A stretch of 63,947 nt of DNA, filler included, from Guillardia theta CCMP2712 (lineage: Eukaryota; Protista; Cryptophyta), in assembly GCF_000315625.1 (NCBI RefSeq). It is 7 parts of 7 records of this genome, joined end to end, with 100 filler letters (N's around TTAATTAATTAA, not from the genome) between each part and the next. Parts side by side here need not be neighbours in the genome. Positions count along the whole stretch, not along the records: positions 1 to 12,538 come from NW_005434659.1; positions 12,639 to 26,161 come from NW_005434431.1; 5 more parts are not named here. One strand, 5' to 3'. Below, in pieces: positions 1 through 14,328 of the stretch (the first letter of the stretch is position 1; the number at the start of each line of letters is the position of its first letter). The translations under genes were made by a program, and so were the position numbers. The notes below the pieces were generated by a model. It was not told where the DNA came from. It saw nothing but the letters and a program-made list of their open reading frames with translations, and did no database searches.

Positions 1-37
<37 letters not shown>

Positions 38-148
38 AGATGATGATGATGATGATGATGATGAGGAGGAGGAGGAGGTAGTGGTGGTGGAGAATTAAGA
101 GGGCGGGGGGGATGGAGGGATGGAGCAGATTGTTAATTGGAGCTGCAG

Positions 149-379
149 GAGCGATGTGCAATCTTTTCCTTCACTCAGAGACTCGAGCTCTCCTCCAGCT
201 CCATGTCGGTACTGCTGCTGCTGTCTTTGAAGACACTGGGGCCGAGTCGAACAAGCTGGTGCAGGTGACCACTCTCGCTCGTTCGCTGCTCCCGCTCCTC
301 CTTCATCTCTCTGTCCTCAGTCCCCTTCTCCATTGCCTTCTCTCCTTCGTTCCTTCTGCTTCTTCCCTTCTGCAATGTC

Positions 380-413
<34 letters not shown>

Positions 414-1298
414 CTCCCTCCCTCCCTCCCTCGTTCTGACTAGCTCGCACGCCAGATGGCTCACAGCTCCCTCCTCAACAACTTTGCCGTCCTCTTCAAC
501 GGCCTTCAGATCAACGATGAAGGTCAAACTCTCCTACCCTCCCCCCCCCCCTTTCCTTTCTTTCCCAGCTACCTCCTGTCTCCTCCTGTCTCCTTCTCCA
601 ACATCCGATCCATCCTTCCCTCCTCCTGGGGAGGCTGCTACCGCTGCTCCTTGTCCTCTACTTCCTCCTCTCATCCTGACATCTGCTGCAGTCCTGGAGA
701 AATTCTTGAAAACCTCCTGCTCCATCATGAAAGCGTTCTCGGAGGAGTCAGACGTGCAAGTAAGCTCTTGCTTTTCCCTGTGCACCTTCTCTCTCCTCCT
801 CCTCCTCCTCCTCCTCCTCCTCTGCTGCTGCTGATCCTGATTCCGGTCCTCCCCCTTGTTCCTTTCGCTCCTCCCGCTCCTGCTTTTCGTCACTCACATC
901 CAAACCTTGTCTCTCCTCCCTCTTACTCTGCGCCAGTCCATGTACAGACTGTCTGCCGCCATCGGCACTTTCATCCACAACAATGCGACCAGAGTCAGCA
1001 TGGCAGGGAAGCTGCGCTTGGAGAACCTCGTCAGAGACAGGGTGAGAGAGCCAGGGAGGAGGAAGGAGGAGGAGAGAGCGAGGGAGGGAGAAGGTGGAAG
1101 GGAGGAGGAGATGCGTAGGGGAGGCATTGACAGGCAGGGGTGCAGGTGCTGGGGCTCGATGCGGTGAGAGGAGGACTGGGTCAGACTGGAGATCCCAAGA
1201 CGCAGCAGTGCTGCTACAAGTTGCTGGAGCAGTTTGATCTCGTTCGCTTCCTCGCCCCGGGGATGAAGCACCCCGAGTCCGACGATGAGTTCGAGCAG
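149..1298 (+). CDS. PUL-domain protein (PLAA/Ufd3/Doa1-type C-terminal ARM-like domain), partial, multi-exon
   Basis: Spliced exons read CNLFLHSETRALLQLH...SNKLVQ|LARQMAHSSLLNNFAVLF...|...SMYRLSAAIGTFIHNNATRVSMAGKLRL...GDPKTQQCCYKLLEQF. This parallels remembered PUL motifs of PLAA (CNxF, SNKN..ATLxLNYxV, FRxLVALGTL, KVxECCxxIL). GT-AG boundaries; 5' end lies outside the window. Confidence 0.7.
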
Positions 1299-1300
1299 GT

Positions 1301-1389
1301 GACGTCTGAAGCTCCTGCCTAGCCATGCTCAGCCTTGGACCCCCGAGACGTCTGAAGCTCCTGCCTAGCCATGCTCAGCCTTGGACCCC
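1301..1389 (+). repeat. 43-bp direct duplication (period 46) just after a splice donor
   Basis: gacgtctgaagctcctgcctagccatgctcagccttggacccc at 1301-1343 and 1347-1389. Confidence 0.9.
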
Positions 1390-2552
1390 CTTCCTCCTCC
1401 CTCCCTCCCTCCCTCCCTCCCTCCCTCCCTCCCTCCCTCCCTCCCTCCCTCCCTCCCTCCCTNNNNNNNNNNNNNNNNNNNNNNNNNNNNNNNNNNNNNN
1501 NNNNNNNNNNNNNNNNNNNNNNNNNNNNNNNNNNNNNNNNNNNNNNNNNNNNNNNNNNNNNNNNNNNNNNNNNNNNNNNNNNNNNNNNNNNNNNNNNNNN
1601 NNNNNNNNNNNNNNNNNNNNNNNNNNNNNNNNNNNNNNNNNNNNNNNNNNNNNNNNNNNNNNNNNNNNNNNNNNNNNNNNNNNNNNNNNNNNNNNNNNNN
1701 NNNNNNNNNNNNNNNNNNNNNNNNNNNNNNNNNNNNNNNNNNNNNNNNNNNNNNNNNNNNNNNNNNNNNNNNNNNNNNNNNNNNNNNNNNNNNNNNNNNN
1801 NNNNNNNNNNNNNNNNNNNNNNNNNNNNNNNNNNNNNNNNNNNNNNNNNNNNNNNNNNNNNNNNNNNNNNNNNNNNNNNNNNNNNNNNNNNNNNNNNNNN
1901 NNNNNNNNNNNNNNNNNNNNNNNNNNNNNNNNNNNNNNNNNNNNNNNNNNNNNNNNNNNNNNNNNNNNNNNNNNNNNNNNNNNNNNNNNNNNNNNNNNNN
2001 NNNNNNNNNNNNNNNNNNNNNNNNNNNNNNNNNNNNNNNNNNNNNNNNNNNNNNNNNNNNNNNNNNNNNNNNNNNNNNNNNNNNNNNNNNNNNNNNNNNN
2101 NNNNNNNNNNNNNNNNNNNNNNNNNNNNNNNNNNNNNNNNNNNNNNNNNNNNNNNNNNNNNNNNNNNNNNNNNNNNNNNNNNNNNNNNNNNNNNNNNNNN
2201 NNNNNNNNNNNNNNNNNNNNNNNNNNNNNNNNNNNNNNNNNNNNNNNNNNNNNNNNNNNNNNNNNNNNNNNNNNNNNNNNNNNNNNNNNNNNNNNNNNNN
2301 NNNNNNNNNNNNNNNNNNNNNNNNNNNNNNNNNNNNNNNNNNNNNNNNNNNNNNNNNNNNNNNNNNNNNNNNNNNNNNNNNNNNNNNNNNNNNNNNNNNN
2401 NNNNNNNNNNNNAGGAGGAGGAGAGAGGAGGAGGAGGAGGAGGAGAGGGGAGAGGGGGAGGAATGTGTGAGTTTATGTATGAAAGGGTAGAGGGTGAGAA
2501 TGAGGATGAGGACGAGGGTGAGGATTAGGATTAGGAGTTGACTCGTGTGACA

Positions 2553-2668
2553 GGCGATGCCAACTTTCAAGTTCGTGAAAGGAGGGAGGGAAGTACAGAC
2601 TGTACAAGGAGCGAATGAGCAAGGTAAGGGAATCACTATCTTCTGCTCCTTCTTCGCTCTCCATCATG

Positions 2669-2702
<34 letters not shown>

Positions 2703-3170
2703 GCGACAACACCAACGAACATCTTGACCTTCTTTGTTCTCAGGTCTCAGACAAGCGTTGGCTGCATTGAGCAAGTAAACATCTTCGACTCGAATTTTTT
2801 TTCCTGAGCACCAAGTCTTCCTCTCCTCGTTGTGTGAGCGAGCACAACAAGCATGAGGCAGTCAAACGTCCTTCATCTTTATCCTCGACGTCATCTACAG
2901 CTACAACCCCCTTCCCCACTATCCCTGCAGACTCCGTCCTCCAGCCCGACCAGCTCACATGGCCCAGGCAGGAGGAGGCTTGTTGGGAGGGATTCCCTGC
3001 CACTTGCCCTCGTTGTCGTTCCTCCTCGCAAAGCTCCAGCTGTTGGCGTCTTGAAGAGAGTCAGCCCCCTCCTTCACATACCGCATCCTCACCGTCACGA
3101 GGCATCGTCGGGTCCCGGTTGTCTCTCACATGCACGCGCCCAATCTGACCTGCTGCACGATCTACCGAGC
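2553..3170 (+). CDS. Probable small exons of a hypothetical multi-exon gene
   Basis: Several short GT-AG-bounded segments (e.g. GLRQALAALSK; TPSSSPTSSHGPGRRRLVGRDSLPLALVVVPPRKAP); no recognisable domain. Confidence 0.3.
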
Positions 3171-3447
3171 GAGTGAGCAACAGCCATGCACGGGTGCCTT
3201 CCTCTCATAGATCGGACCGCCTCCTCTGAAATGTTGCGTACGGTAGACTCATCCATCTCAACTAGTCACTCTCCTCCTCTTGCTCAGCGTTTACCTCCTA
3301 GCTCGCCTCAGCGTATCGCGCAGCTCAAATTTCAAACACTACCCCACACATCAACTTCAACCTGTCAAAGCCTCCACATCCCTCCCCCCACAATTCTGAC
3401 AGTCGCCCCCTACTGCTATCATTGCACTGTCTCCCTTCTTTCAAAAA

Positions 3448-3707
<260 letters not shown>

Positions 3708-5527
3708 CAACCTCGCCCCCTCCTCTTTCTCCTGTCGCTCATCTCATTCATCCGCATACCTGGAATCAACTTGGTGAACATTGCGAACATGCACCACCTT
3801 GGTGGGGGTAGTATATGTACTGGTCCTTTGCCTCACTTTGGAAGGGAAATGGCGGGGTGGGTATGTACAAGTAGGGGTCCTTCCCCCACACACTTGACCC
3901 TTCGGTCCACTGGGCCTAGGAGGGGATGAGGCTGGAATTTTTCTCATTGTGCTGGGGATCTGAGGCGGACTCGTTCAGCTCAGGCCCGGCCAGCTCTCCA
4001 AAGGGGGTAGGTACTGGATAAGGGTGGGTACTTTAAAATCAAAGTAGGGGTACATGTCGAATTACGGACTGCTCCTCAAGATGGGTAGGGGTCCTTCGTG
4101 AGGAAGGGAAAGTAACGGATATAACGGTCTCGAGCTGCAGGTGCGGCAGACGCATTAGGGTAGGGGTAGAAATTTTCTGGGTAGTCTTCGATGGGGGGTG
4201 GGCAAATGGATGATTTCCTTTGTTGAGTACGGGGTGTAAATCTACAATATTGGGGGTATTACATTGATTGGGGTGGGTCATGCATGTCTCTTTGGGGTAG
4301 GGGTAGGCAGGCAGAGGGGTGGAGACAGAGGGAGGGGTGGGGAGGAGGGTGTAACGGGACGGGAGCGGAAATGCTGCAGGCGGCGGGGAGGGAGGGGCTG
4401 AGAGGCTAAGGAAGGGGAGGAGGAGGAGGAGAGGAGGAGCATGCTGTAGATACTATTCCATGGAGGGATGGAGAGAGAGAGGCCAAGAGATAATCGTGAT
4501 GAAAGGAAAGTTAGTCGTCAGGATCCGAAGAACGAAGTATGCAGGATTTCCGTTCGCTTTTGAATTTGTGGGAGATTCAACGTGTATCTGAGAAAGAAAG
4601 GAGGAAGGAAGGGATGAATCGGGAGAAAGATAACATCGCTAGCAAGAATTTGATTCACATTCATTGCGAGTTACTTGACAAAGATAGGGAGAACGAAGAA
4701 ACAGGATTCGGGAGTTGATTTGGCAGACGCAATGCAGCATACTGTCAACTTTAGGGCATTAATGTAGAGGTTAGAGTGACGTCGTTGCACCCAAAGGAAG
4801 TTTGAGGCAAGCGATTCACAAACGCACAAGAAGGAGCAGGGTAGATATGTTCTGTGCAATGCTGTGTTTCTGTGCAATGCGATTGCATCATGAAAGTTCA
4901 TTGAAGTTCGGGTCGTTTGTTCGGAGAAAAGCACCAAAAACCAACTATCCTCACCTTTCAGTGATCAGTATCTACATGGATCCAGTCCGATGCCCTCTCC
5001 TGGAGTACTGTTGTTTGTACCATCATAGAAAAATTGCTACGTTACTCTCTAGAGCCGAGATGGTAATCGTCGGTAGTCATGACGAGAATAAATCATGTCA
5101 ACTTCAAAGTCCATGGTGGAAGTTTCGAGGTCTTCATAGCTTGTAGTGTTTTGTATTCATATAAGTTCATTGGATTGATAAGACAAAAGAATGTGAGGCC
5201 AAAGAATGAGATACCAGTATTGAAGTTAGCTTTGATCAATTTCAAAACGATAACGAAAACTCATGATTGTACCAAACACCCTTGCCCTTTGAAAATGTTT
5301 TGCGATTACTCTTCATTGAGAAAAGTTTTGCTGACTGGATGTGGTGCAGCCGAAAGTTTTTGTTAGGCCGACTAACTCTTGAACTCCAAGACAATTCATC
5401 TGGTACAATCATGTTGAGACTTTGAAATCTCTAGATTTGAGACATTATGATCTATAATCTTGTCTGCATGGACGTTGAAATACTGAAATGTTTGATGCCA
5501 CCTCATGATGATTTCATTACCAGGGGC

Positions 5528-7246
<1,719 letters not shown>

Positions 7247-7817
7247 TTCCGTAGCAGGAGAGGAGAGAGAGATAGAGGAGTGGACAGAGGAGGAGAGGAG
7301 AGGGGGAAGGCATTGAGGATTTCCAATTTTCCTATTGGGTACACGGTGAACACTGATTCCACTACTTGGAGCCCTTCCACACACCCGCCTGTGTTATAAC
7401 TTTCTTGCTCGTTTCGAGCCGTAACGTGTCACCTTGTACACATGGTAAGGGAGCACTTATCAGACTCAACTGTCGAGAATCCCTCCCTACAGTTCTGACT
7501 GTGCCTTCGGTTGTACTTGCTCACTTTTTTCACTTTTTTCACGCTCTCTATTCAACCTTCCCTCTGTTCCTCAGCATCTGATCGCGTCCTCACTTCAACT
7601 GATGCCGGATTATCGCAACAGACAGGGAATTCAAACAGGAAGACTGGGAGAACTGTTTATAGAGAGATAACAGGTATAGGAAATTGAGAACAATGAATAC
7701 AAGAGAACAACACCTTCCGCTCCTACACAGCACGAAAAAGTCGAAGAGAAAGTTCTAGGACGTATCAGTTCCTCTCCTCTTCTGCTCTACTCGTGTGAGA
7801 TCAACCATGACCTTTCA

Positions 7818-9262
7818 TCACCTTCCTTCCGCCCACACATACTTCAACATCTCGTAGGTGCCCAACACGATCGCACAGCTCGGTGCTACTTTCAAGACCC
7901 TCGGCCCCTGTGTAGACGGTCAGTGTCAACCAACACCAAAACTCTTTCCTCCTCCTCCTCCTCCTCCTCCTCCATCCATTCTAAATTTCTTCCCGTGCCC
8001 GCCCCTCCCCCCCACTTCAATCTTCCCTTCCCTCAAACATCTCCTCCTCCTCCTCCTGCTTACCACTCCTCCCCAAAGAGAGACCCATCCCTCCGCTTGG
8101 ATCATCCTCCTCAGGATGCTCAGCGTCTTCATGTCCGTCTCTTCCTTGATCCCATGCGTGATCTCAACCTGGATGCGAGTCTTGATGACGTCGAAGGGAT
8201 GGGTCAGGAGCGCCGCTGCGCTTCCTGCTATCATGCCTGACGCCAGGTTGACCCACAAGATGTCAGAGGCGCTGGCAATGCGCTCGTTATGCACGTTCTC
8301 GAGTTTGTTGCGGTTCTTGGTAGGCAGTGAAGCTCCGAGCTTGGCCTGCATGACGGAGGGACGTCAGTGAGTAACGGGAGAGAGCAGGGGGAGAGGGAGA
8401 GGGAGAGGGAGAGGGAGAGGGAGAGGGAGAGGGAGAGGGAGAGGGAGAGGGAGAGGGAGAGGGAGAGGGAGAGGGAGAGGGAGACGGAGGCACGAAGCGG
8501 GACAAGAGGGTTGAGAACAGGAGGAGGGAGTGCGCAACTCACAGCAAGAGAGTCGCGCGACATCTCAGCGACCAGCCAGTAGGTGGCGGAGAACGGAACG
8601 TCCCGGTACAGGGTCGGGATCACTCCCCTCCACAGAGACAAGACTCCTCCTGACTGCATCGCCTGGCTCATCAGCACCCTTCCTCCTGCATTGCCCCTGC
8701 TTGTTCCTCTCTGTGCCATGATCTGTGTCCTCACCAGCTCCAGCGGGTTCGTCATGACGACTGCCAGCGTCCTTGAAACGCTTCCCGCGACGATGGGAGC
8801 GAAGTACTTCCCCTTCTCCATCCTCGCTTGCAGATGGTGCTTCAGTTGCTCGTAGCACGTTAGGTAGATCCCCACAGACGGCAGCGACGTCAGCATGGCG
8901 TACCCCGTACCCCTCCACAGAGACGTCAGCCCCTCATTCTTCACGATACACGCCATCATCCGGTACGCGCTGGGCCGGGGGTTGGCACCCAGGAACAGGC
9001 TCCCGTTGGAGGTCGGCTGGCAGCAGACCACGTGCTGGAACCTCACGCTCGAGCTGAAGGCGCAACTGGTGGCCCTGTCGAAGACTTGCAGGCGCGTCTT
9101 GACCACATCAAAGGGAGTAGTCGCCACAGCCGACACGACGCTCGAGCCCATGGCCGAGGTCAGGCGCACGGAGAAGCTCGGGAGCGCATTGCCGATGGCT
9201 ACAGGCTCGATCCCCTGCCTCCGATGCGCCGCAATGTCCAGAGAGACCTTTGGGACGGACAT
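7818..9262 (-). CDS. Mitochondrial carrier, SLC25A39/40 / yeast Mtm1-like, 3 exons
   Basis: Three carrier signatures PFDVVKTRLQ, PLELVRTQIM, PFDVIKTRIQ; also EGLTSLWRG, LYRDVPFSATYW and last exon GPRVLKVAPSCAIVLGTYE; one intron contains a GAGAGG hexamer run. Confidence 0.88.
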
Positions 9263-11817
9263 GCGATCAGACCGGCGCTTTCAACTTAAACACGAGCGGA
9301 CTACTGCTGGTCAAGGGCAAGGATGGCCCATGAACAAGAGGAAAATGTCCCCGGCAGCCCCCAAAGAAGCTTCTCCTTCAACCAGAGGCGATCTCTCCCA
9401 CAAAGTTGGCGGCAGCGATGACCCGGTCCTCCGTCGAGCGCAAACAGGCGCAAAGCTTTGAACGAGGGGAAAGCCAGTCAAGCAAGAGACCTGGAGAGCC
9501 TTTCAAAGAGTGAATGCGAGTCTCGCTGTTAAGAGCCGAGGATGCAGCACAGAGCGTTCAGATGAGCCGCTTTCCAATGCCAATGCCGATCGCACGTGTT
9601 GTCCAGGGAAGGCGTCCGTAAGGCGTCCTCCAAGGAGCAGGACAGTCAGACAAGCTGGAGATGGGGGAGGAGAACGATTCCGAAGACGAGGATGGAGAGG
9701 GAGACTTCGATGTTGATGGGCGAGGCCTAGCAGTTGCTACTTGGTTCCCTTCTGCTCCTTCTCCGCCCCTACCGCAAAGGAAGCGAGGTAAAATGTTCAA
9801 TCAGGGGGAGTGGGGGGGAACGGGGGTACTCCTTGCTGGAACCAGGGGTCCTTATTACAAATTTGCTGGGGGTGAGGTCTAGATAAGGGGTACTTTGATG
9901 GGAAATTAGGGGTGCTAAAAATTCTCAAGGGTCCATCAAAAGGGTGCTAAGGTAGGGTACTCAAGAAGGAGGTGGAGTGTCGAATCTGTAGGGTGGTTGG
10001 AATCGTACCAGGTACCCTGATCGGGATAAAAGTATTGAATATACCGGTACATTTGATAAAAGAGATGTTGAGAGGGGGTAGGGGTAGACAAGATTGGGGT
10101 GGAGGTCCAAGGTCACATTGGGGGTGGAGAATTCCATGGGATTCTGCCAGGGGTGCTTGAACGCTCGCTGGGGTCATCTCACATTCAGTACCGGTATACG
10201 AAGAATATTTCTCAAAATGGTGGGTACTTCAAAAATAAATTAATGGATATAAAGGGGTGGCTATTTGGAAGTACCGGTGATCTTTGAAATCCACGGGTGT
10301 ATTGATTTTAATCAGGGTGGGGGTGGGTGGTCTTAATTAGGTCTTTGTAGGTACCCCCTACCCTGAATTCTCTACAATAATGCTGGTAAACGGTGGGTAG
10401 GGGTATATCACCCCACCGACCTCATCATCACAGTGTGTAACCCCCCCGTTGCACGTTACCTTATGTCTCTTTCAGTACCCCTCCAATTGCTATTGTGTAG
10501 ATAGGTGGGGTGATACCAAGGACCCATTGAATGAATGTTCAAGAGAGGGGTACTGTGCCTTAGTACCCTACCCTACCAAGGGGGGTCAACCATCGTTGCA
10601 AGGACGGGTGAATCGTCAAGGTTCAAATATTTCTATCAAATTTGAAAATTATTCTGAGATGCTCGATGGAATACAAAGTAGTGAGCTGGTGCTTTATGTT
10701 TTTCCAAGTTTGAAACAATGTTTCTGCATATTTCAAATCTTACATGTGATATTCAAAACTTTCTAAAGGTTATGGTTCGCCGAGTCAGATTCCACCCCCA
10801 CCCCATATCACTCTATGCAGTCGCACAATGCAATAACAATGGAGGGTGGGGTAGCGAGAAAAGTCAGGTGGGGTCATCTGATTGCTACACCAATGTCGGT
10901 CATAAGTGGGGTATAGCACAGGATAATTGAGGGGTGTATAAATTTGATGGTAGGGTAATTTGAATTCGGGGGTGGGGTAGTATTTGATGACTGGGGCAAA
11001 ATCACCAATATAATCCTCCTCGTGTGGGGTGGGGTGGGTGGTGGGATAAGCATTGGGACAGTCAGTTGGTCATGGCGGTGCCGGAGGAGGGATGCGGGGA
11101 ATGAGGAGGAGGAGGAGGAGGAGGAGGAGGAGGAGGAGATGGTGAGAGAGTGGATTTTGATGAGAGAACAGTGAGACAGAGTGAGAGAAGGGGGAAGTGG
11201 GATGTAAGAGGGAGACAGGGAAAGAGGATGAGAGTGGGATCATCCTAGGTATAAGGGACAGGTTGTGTCATGGTGGTGCTGGAGTGGTGTATCAGAGGAG
11301 TGGATCCAGTTTCAGAAGCAGCATGTGAAAGTAAGTGAGTTGAGCCAGTGAGGTCTAGAACATGATATAGAACGCTAGATCTAGAAGGAAGATGCGGGTG
11401 TTGCTGTGGAGAAATGCAGTGTGTGTAATACAAGACAGGATCCAAACATTTGCGTAGAGGAATCTTTCACGAGCAAATGAACATACCAATGTCTACCGAC
11501 ACTAGAACACTTGTTGTCGGTGGCACATCATTAGCAGCTGTCGATCTATGCGAGCAGGTTTGAGAAGTTTCAACGTCCTCCCCAACTTTAGATGAGTTTG
11601 AGCCTACCAGAGCTTGCAGGTGCTTTCAGGTCTCATGATGCCCTGCAGATTTTGGTGGAGCCAGGAGCGATGCTAAGGTAAACCTGCGCCACTGCCGTTG
11701 GACTTGAGGAGCAAACAAGGGACTTGAGGAGCAAGCAGGGGTTCTTTGCGTTGGTTTCGGAATAGTGTGGCCAGTTCCTGCCCGAAGCACGTTTGAAAGC
11801 TGAGAAATCCCGGGACC

Positions 11818-12396
11818 ATGTACGAGATCAAGTTCATGTTTGCTGACGCGAAGACGATGGAGGATAGTTTCGAGTCAGGTGAGGAGAGAGGAGGTTCTTG
11901 TAAGCTGTGTTGCCATCGTGATTCCCCCGTCTCTCTCTCGCGGCGTTGTTTGCATCGTCGATGCTGACCCTCTATCTTCTGACCCTGTTTCCAGGTTGTT
12001 CGATTCAGTCCGCAAAGGCGAAACTTGTGTCGAAGTGGCCGGCAGGCATGTCGTGTGTCATCTGATGTCCCCATCTCCTGATCTGTTGGTTGCTGTTGTG
12101 AGAGGTGGAGGGAGGATGGAGCAGCAGAGCAAGCACTATGGGAGGGGATGGAGTTTGCGAGGCGGGGGGAGGGCCAGAGGGCCGGGTAGAGGAGGGGAGA
12201 AGTCGAGAGGAGGAGCGGGGAAGGCAGAGGGAGGGATGGGAATGCTCAGCTTGCATCGCGCTTTCGATGCTGTTTCGTGGGTTCCTCTCCCTCTCTGGAC
12301 TGACGTGTCGGTCAGATCGCGACCCCGTCAGCGGCCCAGATGACCTGAAACTCATCTATAACGGAAAGATCCTGGAGAACAACAAGACTTTCGAAG
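11818..12396 (+). CDS. Membrane-anchored ubiquitin-fold protein (MUB/UBL3-like), 3' truncated by contig end
   Basis: Exons 11818-11878, 11995-12045 and 12316-12396 splice in frame to MYEIKFMFADAKTMEDSFESGCSIQSAKAKLVSKWPADRDPVSGPDDLKLIYNGKILENNKTFE, with the MUB-type xxWP and LKLIxxGKILENNKT motifs. Confidence 0.8.
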
Positions 12397-12582
12397 GTGA
12401 TGGAGAGGAGGAGGGGGGGAAGAGAAGGGGAGTCGAGAGGACGAGGGGGAGAGGAGAGGAGCAGCTAGGGAGGAGAAGAGGGAAAAAAGGAGGAAAGGAG
12501 TAGGGAGGAGGGAAGGGGGGGAGTAAGGGGGAGGGGGGNNNNNNNNNNNNNNNNNNNNNNNNNNNNNNNNNNNNNNNNNNNN

Positions 12583-12594
12583 TTAATTAATTAA
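12583..12594. other. Artificial contig linker (N44-TTAATTAATTAA-N44); same linker at 26206, 42687, 47289, 60231, 61762
   Basis: Identical 12-mer with stops in all six frames, padded by N on both sides, occurs six times. Confidence 0.95.
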
Positions 12595-12638
12595 NNNNNN
12601 NNNNNNNNNNNNNNNNNNNNNNNNNNNNNNNNNNNNNN

Positions 12639-13615
12639 TCAGCCAGCTATTGATGGAATCAGTCGAGGCAGGGAGTATTGCTTCAGGTAGTATCCGGGGT
12701 CGCAGGAGCAGCGGAGGATTGAGCCAGCATCTGGTCTGAGGGTGGAGTAGAGGGGGCAGGGGAGGCAGGAGTGGTTGTTTCTGTAGTATCCGGGGTGTCA
12801 GGAGCAGTTGAGAATGGAGCCGGTATCCTGTGTGATGGAGGATTGGAGGGGGCAGGGGAGGCAGGAGTGGTTGCTTCGGTAGTATCCGGGGTCGCAGGAG
12901 CAGTTCTGGAGGGAGGTGGAGAGGGTCGGGGAGGAGGAGTGGAGGGGGCACTTGGTCAACTTGGAGTCTGTGCAGTAGTACGACGGGGAGCATTCAGTGC
13001 AATTCACACTGTAGTACTCACCATCGCGAAAATAGCCCTCCTGGCATGGGCAGTCGTCTATGGAAGTGCTAAGTGGGGGCGAGGGTGTGTTGTGAGTGTA
13101 ATCAGCACAAGCTGTTTTGTTACCCCAGCTGCAGAAGTATCCAGCGGGGCAAGGGGAGCACGGGGTGCCAAGGGACTGGTCTTTGAAGTACCCGAGGTCA
13201 CAGACGCACTGTGGGTCTCCAGCCCAGAATTCGATGTGTTGATGTTCGGAGCACAGCAAATCTGGGCAGGGGAGGCACTCCCAGTTCATGGTGTCAGGGC
13301 AATATCCCGCTTGGCATAAGCAATCGTCGAACACCTTGGCGAGCGGGGCGGAGTTGGAGTGGGGGGGCATTGGATTTGCTGCCCATGGTAGCAGAAATAC
13401 CCCGGTTCACAAGGGGTGCAGAGTCCATCGGGCAAGGAATGGTAGCCCGAACGGCAATGGCGTTGAAGGCCGATGCAGTAGACCCCATCGGGGCAAACTT
13501 CGCAGACGGTGTTGTTCTGCCAGGAGCCGTATGGGCAATGAAGGTCCTGGGGGAGGGTGGCGGGGAAGGCGGAGAGGCAGAGGAAGAGTATGGAGGGGAA
13601 GCAGTATATTTTCAT
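12639..13615 (-). pseudogene. Signal-peptide-bearing Cys-rich repeat protein (TNFR / ephrin-receptor-like GCC2-GCC3 type repeats), disrupted
   Basis: Signal-like start MKIYCFPSILFLCLSAFPA; repeats CPxxSxSPxxSxSxxxCxCxPGYY. Frameshift at a G run near 13365, in-frame TGA at 12798-12800, further shift near 12670; runs off the contig. Confidence 0.75.
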
Positions 13616-13722
13616 GGGTTGCGAGGACGGGAAGACGACGGGCACTCTTCCTATAAACGACAAACTAAAATAAATTTCAAAATCTAAGAAAGTTTGAAGT
13701 CTACAAGCTATGGTAATTTGAA

Positions 13723-14317
13723 GGTTTAGAATCGACGGGATGGCGACGGTTTAGAATCGACGGGATGGCGACGGTTTAGAATCGACGGGATGGCGACGGT
13801 TTAGAATCGACGGGATGGCGACGGTTTAGAATCGACGGGATGGNNNNNNNNNNNNNNNNNNNNNNNNNNNNNNNNNNNNNNNNNNNNNNNNNNNNNNNNN
13901 NNNNNNNNNNNNNNNNNNNNNNNNNNNNNNNNNNNNNNNNNNNTGGCGACGGTTTAGAATCGACGGGATGGCGACGGTTTAGAATCGACGGGATGGCGAC
14001 GGTTTAGAATCGATGGGATGGCGACGGTTTAGAATCGACGGGATGGCGACGGTTTAGAATCGACGGGATGGCGACGGTTTAGAATCGACGGGATGGCGAC
14101 GGTTTAGAATCGACGGGATGGCGACGGTTTAGAATCGATGGGATGGCGACGGTTTAGAATCGACGGGATGGCGACGGTTTAGAATCGACGGGATGGCGAC
14201 GGTTTAGAATCGACGGGATGGCGACGGTTTAGAATCGACGGGATGGCGACGGTTTAGAATCGACGGGATGGCGACGGTTTAGAATCGACGGGATGGCGAC
14301 GGTTTAGAATCGACGGG
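13723..14317 (+). repeat. 25-bp minisatellite GGTTTAGAATCGACGGGATGGCGAC
   Basis: About 20 visible near-perfect head-to-tail copies either side of a 100-N gap, no spacers; two copies carry a C>T variant. Confidence 0.95.
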
Positions 14318-14328
14318 AGGACGACGGG

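Noticed and set aside
1325-2636. Long ORFs spanning N gaps (also 43620-44892 and 34907-35884)
   Set aside because: Artefacts of translating N runs
8895-9461. 188-aa + strand ORF
   Set aside because: Mostly the antisense shadow of the mitochondrial carrier exon; no independent support
12583-12594. TTAATTAATTAA as a piggyBac TTAA target site or biological motif
   Set aside because: Always embedded in equal N padding and has stops in six frames, so it is an assembly concatenation linker; adjacency across it is meaningless
13723-14317. CRISPR array
   Set aside because: The 25-bp units are head-to-tail with no unique spacers, and no cas-like gene is nearby
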